The notes under the pieces were generated by a model that saw only the letters and a program-made list of their open reading frames with translations, searched no databases and was not told the DNA's origin. A stretch of 64,000 nt of DNA from an uncultured Ruminococcus sp. (GTDB lineage: Bacteria > Bacillota > Clostridia > Oscillospirales > CAG-272), in the NCBI GenBank assembly GCA_902762505.1, contig CACWOQ010000004.1, positions 2,953-66,952 on the forward strand, written 5' to 3'. Position numbers and translations under genes: made by a program. Below, piece by piece: positions 20,126 to 28,023 of this stretch; position 1 is the first letter of the stretch, and the number at the start of each line of letters is the position of its first letter.

Positions 20126-21532
20126 ATGTTTACGAAGCTCAGCCCTGTCACACCGGTGTTCGAAGGTCTGCCGAGGATCAACGCGCCGGAGGCTTACGGA
20201 GCGTCGACCGGTAAGCCGCTGATCTTTCGGGTACCTGCTTTCGGTCAAAGGCCTCTTTTGTTTTCCGGCAGACTGCCGAAGGGACTGTCGATCAGCCGCG
20301 ACGGGATCATAACCGGCTCCGTAAAAAGAGCAGGCGAGTATAAAATGAGGATACGCGCCGAAAACGCGCTCGGCTCGGATGAGATGACCGTAAAGCTGAT
20401 CATCGGGCGCGGCGCCCTGCTTCAGACTCCTCTGATTGGGTGGACGAGCTGGAACGCGTTTCTTCACGCATACGATCAGAACACGATAACCGACACCGCT
20501 CATGCTCTTATCGAGACGGGACTATCGGAATTCGGATACAGCTACGTGAACATCGACTCAGACTGGCAGGGCAGCTACGGCGGCAAGTACGACGCGATAC
20601 AGCCGAACGAACGGTTCACCGATATGAAGGCGATGACGGATCACATACATTCGCTCGGTCTCAAATGCGGTATTTACTCAACGCCGATGAAGCTCGCCTT
20701 CGGAATGTGTCAGACGCTTCCCGGCTGTACGCGCGGCGAGACGGACGGCAAATACCTCGCTTACAGGGAGATAGGAAAAGAGAGGATGGAGCAGAACAAC
20801 GTCGACCAATGGGTCGAATGGGGCTTCGACTATCTCAAATACGACTGGTATCCGAACGACACGGAAAACGCCGCCGTAATGGCGAAATGCCTGAGAAAAG
20901 CCCCGCGCGACATAGTATACTGCGTCACGACCACAGCAGTATACGATGAAAGGGACTGGTATAAGAACAACACGCAGATGTTCCGTATAGGCGGAGATTC
21001 AGAGGACAGTTGGGAGGTCGTGAGACGGAACAATTTCGAAATGGACCACTGGCTCGGCGAAGGAAAGATCGGCGGCTGGGCTGATCTCGATATGCTCGAA
21101 ATAGGATATTTCGCCGGGAAGCGCTGCCGTCTTACTGACGACGAGCAGGTCGTTTCATACACGGCAAAGGTCATATTCCCGTCGCCCATCCAGCTTTCCT
21201 GCGATCTGCGGAAGCTCACGGAAACGGAAATGCGCATATTCTGCAATGAAGAAGTCATAGCCGTGAATCAGGACGTACTCGGAGCGCAGGCGTCGCTTTT
21301 ATACGAGGCAAACGACGGCGGCGACAGATTCAAGATATACGAAAAACGCCTTTCCGACGGAGGACGGGCGCTGGCGCTGTTCAATATAGGCGAGAAGGAT
21401 CACACGCATACGCTTGAAGCGGACGGTCAGCTCCGTGACCTGTGGGCGAAGGAGGATATCGCGGTAAAGGACGGAAAATACACCGTCACGATGCCGCCGC
21501 ACACGGCTCTTCTGCTGAAAATAAAAAGCTGA
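20126..21532 (+). CDS. GH27 alpha-galactosidase-like enzyme with an N-terminal Ig-like domain
   Basis: ATG at 20126 with GGAGG 9 nt upstream. PLIGWTSWNAF and YSYVNIDSDWQ are GH27-type motifs. LPKGLSISRDGIITGSV is a putative Ig-domain motif. No signal peptide seen. Confidence 0.75.
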   Translation: MFTKLSPVTPVFEGLPRINAPEAYGASTGKPLIFRVPAFGQRPLLFSGRLPKGLSISRDGIITGSVKRAGEYKMRIRAENALGSDEMTVKLIIGRGALLQTPLIGWTSWNAFLHAYDQNTITDTAHALIETGLSEFGYSYVNIDSDWQGSYGGKYDAIQPNERFTDMKAMTDHIHSLGLKCGIYSTPMKLAFGMCQTLPGCTRGETDGKYLAYREIGKERMEQNNVDQWVEWGFDYLKYDWYPNDTENAAVMAKCLRKAPRDIVYCVTTTAVYDERDWYKNNTQMFRIGGDSEDSWEVVRRNNFEMDHWLGEGKIGGWADLDMLEIGYFAGKRCRLTDDEQVVSYTAKVIFPSPIQLSCDLRKLTETEMRIFCNEEVIAVNQDVLGAQASLLYEANDGGDRFKIYEKRLSDGGRALALFNIGEKDHTHTLEADGQLRDLWAKEDIAVKDGKYTVTMPPHTALLLKIKS

Positions 21533-21573
21533 CGCAAAAGAAGCGGTCTGTGAAACGCGCCTGAAGGGCAGAT

Positions 21574-21627
21574 AAAAAGCACCGGCTGAATGAAGGAAAA
21601 TCATCCTTTGTTCAGCCGGTGCTTTTT
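21574..21627. terminator. Bidirectional terminator hairpin
   Basis: 17-bp perfect stem AAAAAGCACCGGCTGAA / TTCAGCCGGTGCTTTTT with a 20-nt loop. Confidence 0.7.
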
Positions 21628-21685
21628 GCCGCATATCTTTTGCAAACAGTACGTTTGTGCGCCAAACGTCAAAGAAAAGTTAACG

Positions 21686-21837
21686 GTTATGAGTTATGAT
21701 TTGCGGCACAGCCGCAAAGTTATGATATGAGTTTCCGCAATCGTGCCGCAGGCACTCATGATCTGCACAGCGATCATAACGCGCACCGGCACTCATAACG
21801 TTTCGCGTAAGCGAACTCATAACTGCCGGCGTACGCC
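21686..21837. repeat. Intergenic array: GTTATGAGT-type words (about 4 forward, about 4 inverted) interleaved with short GC-rich hairpins
   Basis: Forward words at 21686, 21693, 21719 and 21726. Inverted words (ACTCATAAC / ACTCATGAT / TCATAAC) at 21754, 21774, 21791 and 21815. Hairpins TTTGCGGC-ACA-GCCGCAAA, TGCC-GCA-GGCA, TTCGC-GTAA-GCGAA, GGCG-TA-CGCC. Confidence 0.7.
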
Positions 21838-21851
21838 GCTTATTTTTTATC

Positions 21852-23522
21852 TCATTTCGTTTTCTTCGACGCGGCGACCGCGAGTATCACGAAAAGCACG
21901 ATCAGCGCGATCACGGCGAGCGCCGCGATCAGTATCACCTTTATCACACGCCCAGCGGCGGCGCCTATTGTACCGAGGTCGAGCGTCACGTCCGACGGCT
22001 CATCCGTCTGATTTCCCGGGATTATAACGACAGGCTCCGTGACGTCCGTTTCGGTCTGAGCCGCACCGCTGTCGCCGGGCTCCGTCTCATCCGGCGGAAA
22101 TTCCGCCGTCTCCCTCTCGCCGCATATCAGGCAATAGCGCATACACGTCTTCGGCTCCCACGCCGCGCCTTCGCTTATAACGACCCATTCGCTGAATTCG
22201 TGGACGCATTCCGTTTCCTCACCGGTAAGCGGCGCCGTTACGGGCTCCGTCACGGGCGGGGAGTCTTTATGCTCCGCACGGCAGATGACTGTGCCGATAT
22301 AATCGCCGGAGGGCTTTTTAAGCTCGCCCCCGACGTAGGCGTAGCTCTGCCCCGGCGCAGACGACGTCACCGCAAGCTCATAATCCGGATCGGAATATTC
22401 TGAAAATACGTAATAATTCCCGTTTGCGTGCACCGTTGCGAACAGTGTGACCGTGTCGCCCTTTTTCACGGTCGGCTCCCTGTCAAGCGAAACGCTGTAA
22501 TAACCCGCGTCGGTGACGGTGAGCGTCCCGGCGGCGTCCGGCTTCGCCGTGCCGACGGCCGAGGGATCCTTCAGATTGACGAACAGCTTCGCTTCAAGCA
22601 CGGAACCGGGCTTAGAGGTATAAATCCCCGCGGCGGTGACGGTCAGCTTTTCATTTGCCGTGAATACGTTGACCGCGCCGTACAGCGTTTTATCCGAGGT
22701 GTGGTTCCCGGACAGAAAATCGACCTCCGTATGAGTGAGCACGCGCGCGTCGGAGTCGATCTTAACGCTTGCGGCGTACGCAACTCTGCCGAATTCCGTG
22801 TTATACGAGATATACGCGTAGCCTCCGTCGCCCCAGCCCGTGCCCCAGCTGTTCTTCATTATAAAGGCGCCCGTTCCGGTATCCGTGTATTTCGTATCGT
22901 CCCAGCCGACGAGAAGCAGCTGATGAGACGGCTTCGAATTGTCGAAGCTGAGCGTTCTCGCAACGTGCGTCACGTTGTTGTAGTCGCCTATGAACGCGTC
23001 GCAGCTGACGGCGCCGTATTCCGCGATCCATTCCTTCAGCTTCGCCGTTCTGTCCCTGCGCTGTAATTCCGAAATATCGCGCTCGACAAATCTGTCGATA
23101 TAAGCGAATCTGCCGTACAGAGCCGACACCGGCGCCGAAGACGACGATTCGACCGACGGATACGCGGCGTCGGGCAGCAGACCCTTTCCGGAGACGCCGG
23201 CGAAAAGCGCGTAGTCAAGACTGCCGTAGCATTTGTTCCAGGCGTTTCCGCGGCTGTTTCTGTGTTCGTTGCCGTCAAACTCGGCGCGTGCCATCATGGG
23301 CGCCGAAAAAACGGATGAGCCGGAGGGAGCCTGACCGCTTTTCACGGCGGCGATGCTGAGCATATCCGCTCCGGCGTAAGCCCAGCAGAGCGGATTGTTT
23401 TTCTGGTTGAGCACCGGCGTTTCGGCATCCGTCCTGTATTTATCCGGCAAAGCGGCGGCGGACGCCGCAAAAAGCGACGCCGTAAGGATCAGTATCATAA
23501 AAGCGGATATTGTTTTCTTCAT
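21852..23522 (-). CDS. Papain-family (C1) cysteine peptidase, secreted, with a C-terminal TM anchor
   Basis: Signal peptide. Catalytic Cys context NQKNNPLCWAYAG. MKNSWGTGWGDGGYAYISY. A four-Cys cluster (CVHEF...CMRYCLIC) near the C-terminus, then a TM helix + SKKTK. Confidence 0.8.
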   Translation of the reverse strand: MKKTISAFMILILTASLFAASAAALPDKYRTDAETPVLNQKNNPLCWAYAGADMLSIAAVKSGQAPSGSSVFSAPMMARAEFDGNEHRNSRGNAWNKCYGSLDYALFAGVSGKGLLPDAAYPSVESSSSAPVSALYGRFAYIDRFVERDISELQRRDRTAKLKEWIAEYGAVSCDAFIGDYNNVTHVARTLSFDNSKPSHQLLLVGWDDTKYTDTGTGAFIMKNSWGTGWGDGGYAYISYNTEFGRVAYAASVKIDSDARVLTHTEVDFLSGNHTSDKTLYGAVNVFTANEKLTVTAAGIYTSKPGSVLEAKLFVNLKDPSAVGTAKPDAAGTLTVTDAGYYSVSLDREPTVKKGDTVTLFATVHANGNYYVFSEYSDPDYELAVTSSAPGQSYAYVGGELKKPSGDYIGTVICRAEHKDSPPVTEPVTAPLTGEETECVHEFSEWVVISEGAAWEPKTCMRYCLICGERETAEFPPDETEPGDSGAAQTETDVTEPVVIIPGNQTDEPSDVTLDLGTIGAAAGRVIKVILIAALAVIALIVLFVILAVAASKKTK

Positions 23523-23690
23523 GCGCGCACGTCCTTTCTTTTCTTCATTATATCATACGATCGGCGTCAAGTCAATAAGAAGCCGGTCCGAAACGGAAAA
23601 TTTGTTTTTTTCGGGTTTTAAGTCTTTTTTAAGTTTTCCGCGTATAATCGCAGGTGAAAAGAGAAAAAGACCCCGAAAGGAGAAAAAACA

Positions 23691-25580
23691 ATGAAAAAGA
23701 TTATCTCATTACTCACGCTGACGGCTTTGATCCTTACGCTCGCTTCATGCTCGTTTGCAGACGCTTCGGGCGGCGCGTGGTTTATGACATATACGGAAAA
23801 CGCAGCCGCAGACGACACGGCGCCGGAGGACGGCGAAAGCGAACTGATAACGGACGAAGAAGTCCGGACGGGGACATCCGGCTCCGAAACGGAAGACGCC
23901 GCGGAGTCCGTAACGGATGATACATCTGACGAATATACTGATACGGAAGCGCCGGGGACGGAAGCGCCGCCCGTAACGGAGCCCGAAACTACCGCGGACA
24001 CAACGTCCGGGGAGACGGAGCAGACCGCGGGCGAAACGACGGACGACCCGGACGGCGGCTTCACGGTGACGACGGAGGACGGCGCCGTCACAAAGAGCGG
24101 TTCGGTCTACACGATCACCTCAGCCGGTACCTACGTTTTGAAAGGAATGCTTTCGGAGGGCAGGATAGTGATAGAGGCAGGCGAGGACGACGAAGTGGAG
24201 CTCGATCTGAGCGGCGTCGATCTGACCTGCTCGACCGGCAGCCCGATACACGCCGTGACCGCGGGCAAGCTCAAAATCAAAGCCGTAGACGGAACGGTAA
24301 ACACAGTCACCGACGAAAGACCGCTTAAAACCGACGACACGGATACTTCCGGTCAGGCGGCGATATACGCGGAATGCGATATGAATCTTATCGGGAAAGG
24401 CTCGCTCACGGTAACGGCGTCATACAACAACGGCGTGCAGAGCAAGGACGATCTGAAAATCAAAAACCTCACTCTCACCGTCACCGCCCCGAACAACGCG
24501 ATAAAGGGCAACGACAGCGTGACCGTCGAGTCCGGTACCGTGACGGCTATATCAACGTCAGGCGACGGAATAAAGACGGACAATTCCGACATCTCCTCCA
24601 AGGGCAATCAGCGCGGCAATATAACCGTGTCGGGCGGTACCCTGAACGTTTACGCGGCGTGCGACGGTATCGACGCGGCGTACAACGTTGAGATCTCCGG
24701 CGATCCCGTCATAAACGTACTGACGCATTCGTATTCGGAATATACCGCGTCCTCAGCCAAAAAAACGCAGAATTCAAGCGGAGTCACAAAGAGCGCGGAA
24801 AGCTCCAAGGGCATAAAAGCCGACAACGAAATAAACGTGTCCGGCGGCACGGTCACGATAAAATGTATGGACGACGGACTGCACGCGAACGCGGACGTCG
24901 CGCTCGCCGACGGATCGAAGGGAAGCGGAAATATAACCGTATCAGGCGGTGGCGTGACGGTCACGGCGGCGGACGACGGCATTCACGCCGACGGCAGCCT
25001 TCAGATCGACGGCGGATATATAGACGTGGCGAACAGTCACGAGGGGCTTGAAGGACATCTCATCACGGTAAACGACGGCGAGATACACGTTTACGCGACG
25101 GACGACGGAGTGAACGCAACGTCGTCGGGCGGAAGAAGCTCCGACGGACTCATAACCGTCAACGGAGGGACGATGTTCGTGGAGGTCGCCGGGCGCGACG
25201 TCGACGGCGTGGACAGCAACGGAAGCTATAAGCAGACCGGCGGATTCGTTGTCGTAAGCAACCCGAACGCGGATTCAAGCGGCAACACGTCCGCGGTGGA
25301 CGCCGACGGCACGGTCACCGTGACCGGCGGCACGATAATCGCGCTCGGAACGGTGCCCGGCGGCGCGGGCGGCGGGCGCGGAGGACGCTTCGGCATGGGC
25401 GGCATGGGCGGCGGAAGCACGCTCCCGACCGGCAGCGTGACTTATTCGGGCACCCTCACAGCCGGAGAGCACACGTTCACGTACAACGGCGTATCGACGT
25501 CCTTCACGCTCAAAGCGCGCGTGTCAAACGGCTGGATCTGGTCGTCAGGCATAACCTCGTCAAACTACACGCTCAAATAA
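23691..25580 (+). CDS. Cthe_2159-family beta-helix carbohydrate-binding lipoprotein (paralog 2)
   Basis: Lipobox TLASC. Long collinear similarity to 17003..19090, e.g. SKDDLKIKN(L/V)TL.VT.P..A(I/L)KGNDSV(T/S)VESG and KGNQRGN(I/V). Same DDGIHAD / SHEGLEG rungs. Confidence 0.7.
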   Translation: MKKIISLLTLTALILTLASCSFADASGGAWFMTYTENAAADDTAPEDGESELITDEEVRTGTSGSETEDAAESVTDDTSDEYTDTEAPGTEAPPVTEPETTADTTSGETEQTAGETTDDPDGGFTVTTEDGAVTKSGSVYTITSAGTYVLKGMLSEGRIVIEAGEDDEVELDLSGVDLTCSTGSPIHAVTAGKLKIKAVDGTVNTVTDERPLKTDDTDTSGQAAIYAECDMNLIGKGSLTVTASYNNGVQSKDDLKIKNLTLTVTAPNNAIKGNDSVTVESGTVTAISTSGDGIKTDNSDISSKGNQRGNITVSGGTLNVYAACDGIDAAYNVEISGDPVINVLTHSYSEYTASSAKKTQNSSGVTKSAESSKGIKADNEINVSGGTVTIKCMDDGLHANADVALADGSKGSGNITVSGGGVTVTAADDGIHADGSLQIDGGYIDVANSHEGLEGHLITVNDGEIHVYATDDGVNATSSGGRSSDGLITVNGGTMFVEVAGRDVDGVDSNGSYKQTGGFVVVSNPNADSSGNTSAVDADGTVTVTGGTIIALGTVPGGAGGGRGGRFGMGGMGGGSTLPTGSVTYSGTLTAGEHTFTYNGVSTSFTLKARVSNGWIWSSGITSSNYTLK

Positions 25581-25582
25581 AA

Positions 25583-25616
25583 AACGGTCATCCGGGAGAG
25601 ATCCCGGATGACCGTT
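25583..25616 (+). terminator. Terminator-like hairpin
   Basis: 15-bp perfect stem AACGGTCATCCGGGA / TCCCGGATGACCGTT with loop GAGA. No clear T-run. Confidence 0.45.
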
Positions 25617-25661
25617 GACTTATCACGGCTTTTGTGTTATAATGGCTTCACGGAGGGATCT

Positions 25662-25973
25662 ATGAAAAGGTTTTTATGTATCGTTCTTATAATCTGCACC
25701 GTGTTCGCGTGCACGGTGTCGTCAGCGGAGACGGAGCCCGCGTCAGTCACGGCGGACGAAACTACGGAGGAGATTACGGAAACGGCTCCCGAGACCGAGA
25801 CCGACGGCTCTTATGAAACGGCGCGCCGTATGCTTCGCGCGGATCTTTACGTTTTCGCCGCCGCCGTCGTCCTGTTCGCCGTCTGCACGGTGATCCATTT
25901 CGTTCTGCGATCGAAAAAGAAAAAGGCTGACGGCGCAGAGGCACGGCAAAAGAATATTTCAAAAACCCCTTGA
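25662..25973 (+). CDS. Small signal-peptide protein with an acidic T/E-rich segment and a C-terminal TM helix
   Basis: ATG at 25662 preceded by GGAGGG. MKRFLCIVLIICTVFACTVSSAE signal, a later hydrophobic helix, then KKKK. Confidence 0.5.
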   Translation: MKRFLCIVLIICTVFACTVSSAETEPASVTADETTEEITETAPETETDGSYETARRMLRADLYVFAAAVVLFAVCTVIHFVLRSKKKKADGAEARQKNISKTP

Positions 25974-25998
25974 CAAATCGATTCTTTTGTGGTACAAT
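25970..25998 (+). promoter_or_regulatory. Near-consensus sigma-A promoter for tRNA-Lys
   Basis: TTGACA, 17 nt, TACAAT, with TGn immediately upstream of the -10. About 24 nt before the mature tRNA 5' end. Confidence 0.7.
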
Positions 25999-26021
25999 AC
26001 ATAGGCTTTGATAAGAAGCAC

Positions 26022-26097
26022 GACTCATTAGCTCAGACGGTAGAGCACTTGACTTTTAATCAAGGTGTCCGGAGTTCGAATCTCCGATGGGTCACCA
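26022..26097 (+). tRNA. tRNA-Lys (anticodon UUU), CCA encoded
   Basis: Cloverleaf by hand. Acceptor GACTCAT/ATGGGTC (one G-T pair), D-stem GCTC/GAGC, anticodon stem CTTGA/TCAAG with loop CTTTTAA, T-arm CGGAG-TTCGAAT-CTCCG, discriminator A + CCA. Confidence 0.9.
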
Positions 26098-26103
26098 GAA
26101 AAA

Positions 26104-26126
26104 AGCACGCGGAAGCGTGCTTTTTT
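26104..26126 (+). terminator. Intrinsic terminator after tRNA-Lys
   Basis: AGCACGC-GGAA-GCGTGCT followed by TTTTT. Confidence 0.8.
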
Positions 26127-26129
26127 CAG

Positions 26130-26160
26130 TTCAACAGATCCGCGGCGCGGATCTGTTGAA
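26130..26160. terminator. Second perfect 15-bp inverted repeat (terminator-like hairpin)
   Basis: TTCAACAGATCCGCG-G-CGCGGATCTGTTGAA, starting 4 nt after the first terminator. Confidence 0.5.
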
Positions 26161-26270
26161 TTTCACATTCGGCGCAAGCCGGATATTTCATGGCGGCGAA
26201 GCCGTTATTTCACATTTTGCCGTCAGGCAAAATATTTCACTTTTTTGCCGTCAGGCAGATTATTTCACTT
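26160..26270 (+). repeat. Direct array of five (T)ATTTCA(C/T) words alternating with four GC-rich mini-hairpins
   Basis: Words at 26160, 26184, 26206, 26233 and 26261. Hairpins CGGC-GCAA-GCCG, CGGC-GAA-GCCG, TTGCC-GTCA-GGCAA, TGCC-GTCA-GGCA. The last word contains the stop codon of the convergent AraC gene. Confidence 0.75.
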
Positions 26271-27083
26271 TTCCTTCCGCGATCTTTCCAGCTCCTCGAG
26301 CACCGCCCTGCGGTACTCTCCCGGCGTGATCCCGTTCTGGGACGAGAAAACGCGGTTGAACGTCCGGATGGACTGGAATCCCGCCTCCATCGCCGCCTCG
26401 GTGATGCTTCTCTTCCCGTCCAGCAGCACGCGTTTCGCCTCCATTATCCGCAGCGCCGCGACGTATTTCGTCAGCGTCGTGCCGAGATACCGTCTGAATA
26501 CCCTCTGTATGTACGACGGGCTGATATACAGATCCGCCGCCATCTGCTCCGCCGTTATCTTTTTGGTGAAATTCTCGTTGCAGTACATCAGTATCCTTTC
26601 AACGTTGTCGCCCGAGGCGTCGCGCAGCTTTTTCAGATCGAGCATCGGCAGAAGCCCGGCGATCAGAAGCTCGGCGTACGCGCATTGCAGCTGTTCCTTG
26701 AAGGGAGGCTCCTCCGTAAGCAGACCGGTAAGCTTTTCAAAAACCGAGACGAGCTCGTCCGGCGTATGTTTTACAAGAGGCGACCCGGGCAGATACGACG
26801 TGAAAATATCGCCGAACAGCGAAAGCACGCCCCAGCCGACCGTCGTATAACAGCACAGTATACCGCCGCCGCAGACGTCGAAGCTGTGGACCATATTCGG
26901 GAAAATGACAGCTGTCTGTCCCGGCGTCAGCGTGTACACGGAGCTTCCCAGCCGCAGCTCTGCCGAGCCTTCGAGCATGGTCACTATTTCAAGACATCTG
27001 TGAACGTGCGCGTAATCGGTCAGCTCCCCGCGCTTCGTGGCGAAAACGGGCACGGTCCAGTTTTCATATTTGATACCGGGCAT
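26265..27083 (-). CDS. AraC-family transcriptional regulator (cupin-type sensor + AraC HTH)
   Basis: C-terminal ISPSYIQRVFRRYLGTTLTKYV...ITEAAMEAGFQSIRTFNRVFSSQNGITPGEYR is a canonical AraC dual HTH. The N-terminus looks cupin-like. Confidence 0.85.
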   Translation of the reverse strand: MPGIKYENWTVPVFATKRGELTDYAHVHRCLEIVTMLEGSAELRLGSSVYTLTPGQTAVIFPNMVHSFDVCGGGILCCYTTVGWGVLSLFGDIFTSYLPGSPLVKHTPDELVSVFEKLTGLLTEEPPFKEQLQCAYAELLIAGLLPMLDLKKLRDASGDNVERILMYCNENFTKKITAEQMAADLYISPSYIQRVFRRYLGTTLTKYVAALRIMEAKRVLLDGKRSITEAAMEAGFQSIRTFNRVFSSQNGITPGEYRRAVLEELERSRKEK

Positions 27084-27314
27084 CCGACTCCCCTCCTCTT
27101 TTATTCGCTTTTATTATATCACGGTTTTGTCCGAATTCAACGTTTTTTTCAAAACCCGGCTTTTTTTGTCTATACATAATACCGATTTTGTCTTGATATT
27201 TTCCTTTTCCGGGAGTATTTTTTTATCAGGGGCGCAAGGAACGGGAGCCGCCGGCGTCGCCGTGCGGATCCGACGCGCGCCTTAATCCGTAATGATCAAA
27301 AGGAGACGAACAAA

Positions 27315-27890
27315 ATGAAAAAACTCACTGTCATCCTGCTCGCCGTCGTTTTCACGGCAACAATTTTCGCTGTCAGCGCAAACGCCGCCGCCACCGTAAA
27401 GCAGTGCAACTACGACGCCGGTACGACTACCGGTGAAGACTACTATTTCAGAGGCTGGGTCATCGTCGAGGGCGATACGGTCGTTGACCTCGGCTACCGT
27501 ATCGACGACGAGGCTCCCGTTTTCAGCGTCGCCGACAACAGACCCGACGTATCCGATTACTTCAAGATCGATCCGTCCGTCGTAGGCGGCTTCGATTTCC
27601 ATCTCAAGCCCGGCGACCTTGCCGAGGGCGAGCACATAATCCACGTAGTCGTAAAGACCGCGGACGGCTCCGTTCTTGACATCAACAACGCGACCGACGA
27701 CGGATATACCCTCATCGGCACGAAGAAGGCCGAGCCCGCCGACGAGCCGACCGAGCCCGCCGTGAACACGGAGCCCGAGCAGCCCGGGCAGCCCGAGAAC
27801 CCGAAGACGTCCGACGCGTCCGTTGCGGCGATAGCCGCCGTCTGCTGCATCGCGCTTGCGGGAGCTTTCGTACTGAAAAAATCGAAGTGA
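27315..27890 (+). CDS. Secreted surface protein with a C-terminal NPKTSD sorting-signal-like tail
   Basis: AAAGGAG RBS and a signal peptide ending ANA. C-terminus PENPKTSDASVAAIAAVCCIALAGAFVLKKSK. Confidence 0.6.
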   Translation: MKKLTVILLAVVFTATIFAVSANAAATVKQCNYDAGTTTGEDYYFRGWVIVEGDTVVDLGYRIDDEAPVFSVADNRPDVSDYFKIDPSVVGGFDFHLKPGDLAEGEHIIHVVVKTADGSVLDINNATDDGYTLIGTKKAEPADEPTEPAVNTEPEQPGQPENPKTSDASVAAIAAVCCIALAGAFVLKKSK

Positions 27891-27913
27891 TCGGATCACG
27901 ATCACGCAAATAC

Positions 27914-27942
27914 GGGCGGATAACGGTATCCGCCCTTTATTT
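27914..27942 (+). terminator. Intrinsic terminator
   Basis: GGGCGGATA-ACGG-TATCCGCCC then TTTATTT. Confidence 0.75.
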
Positions 27943-28023
27943 AAACCGACGTGTGAATTTTGTTTATAATATGCTCACAAAAATATGGTATGATCCGGTT
28001 AGTACGATATACGGAGGCTTAAA

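Noticed and set aside
26065-27179. Two overlapping plus-strand ORFs of 261 and 329 aa.
   Set aside because: They are antisense to the AraC-family regulator, which has a canonical HTH. The plus-strand products are Arg/Ser-rich and start inside the tRNA terminator region.
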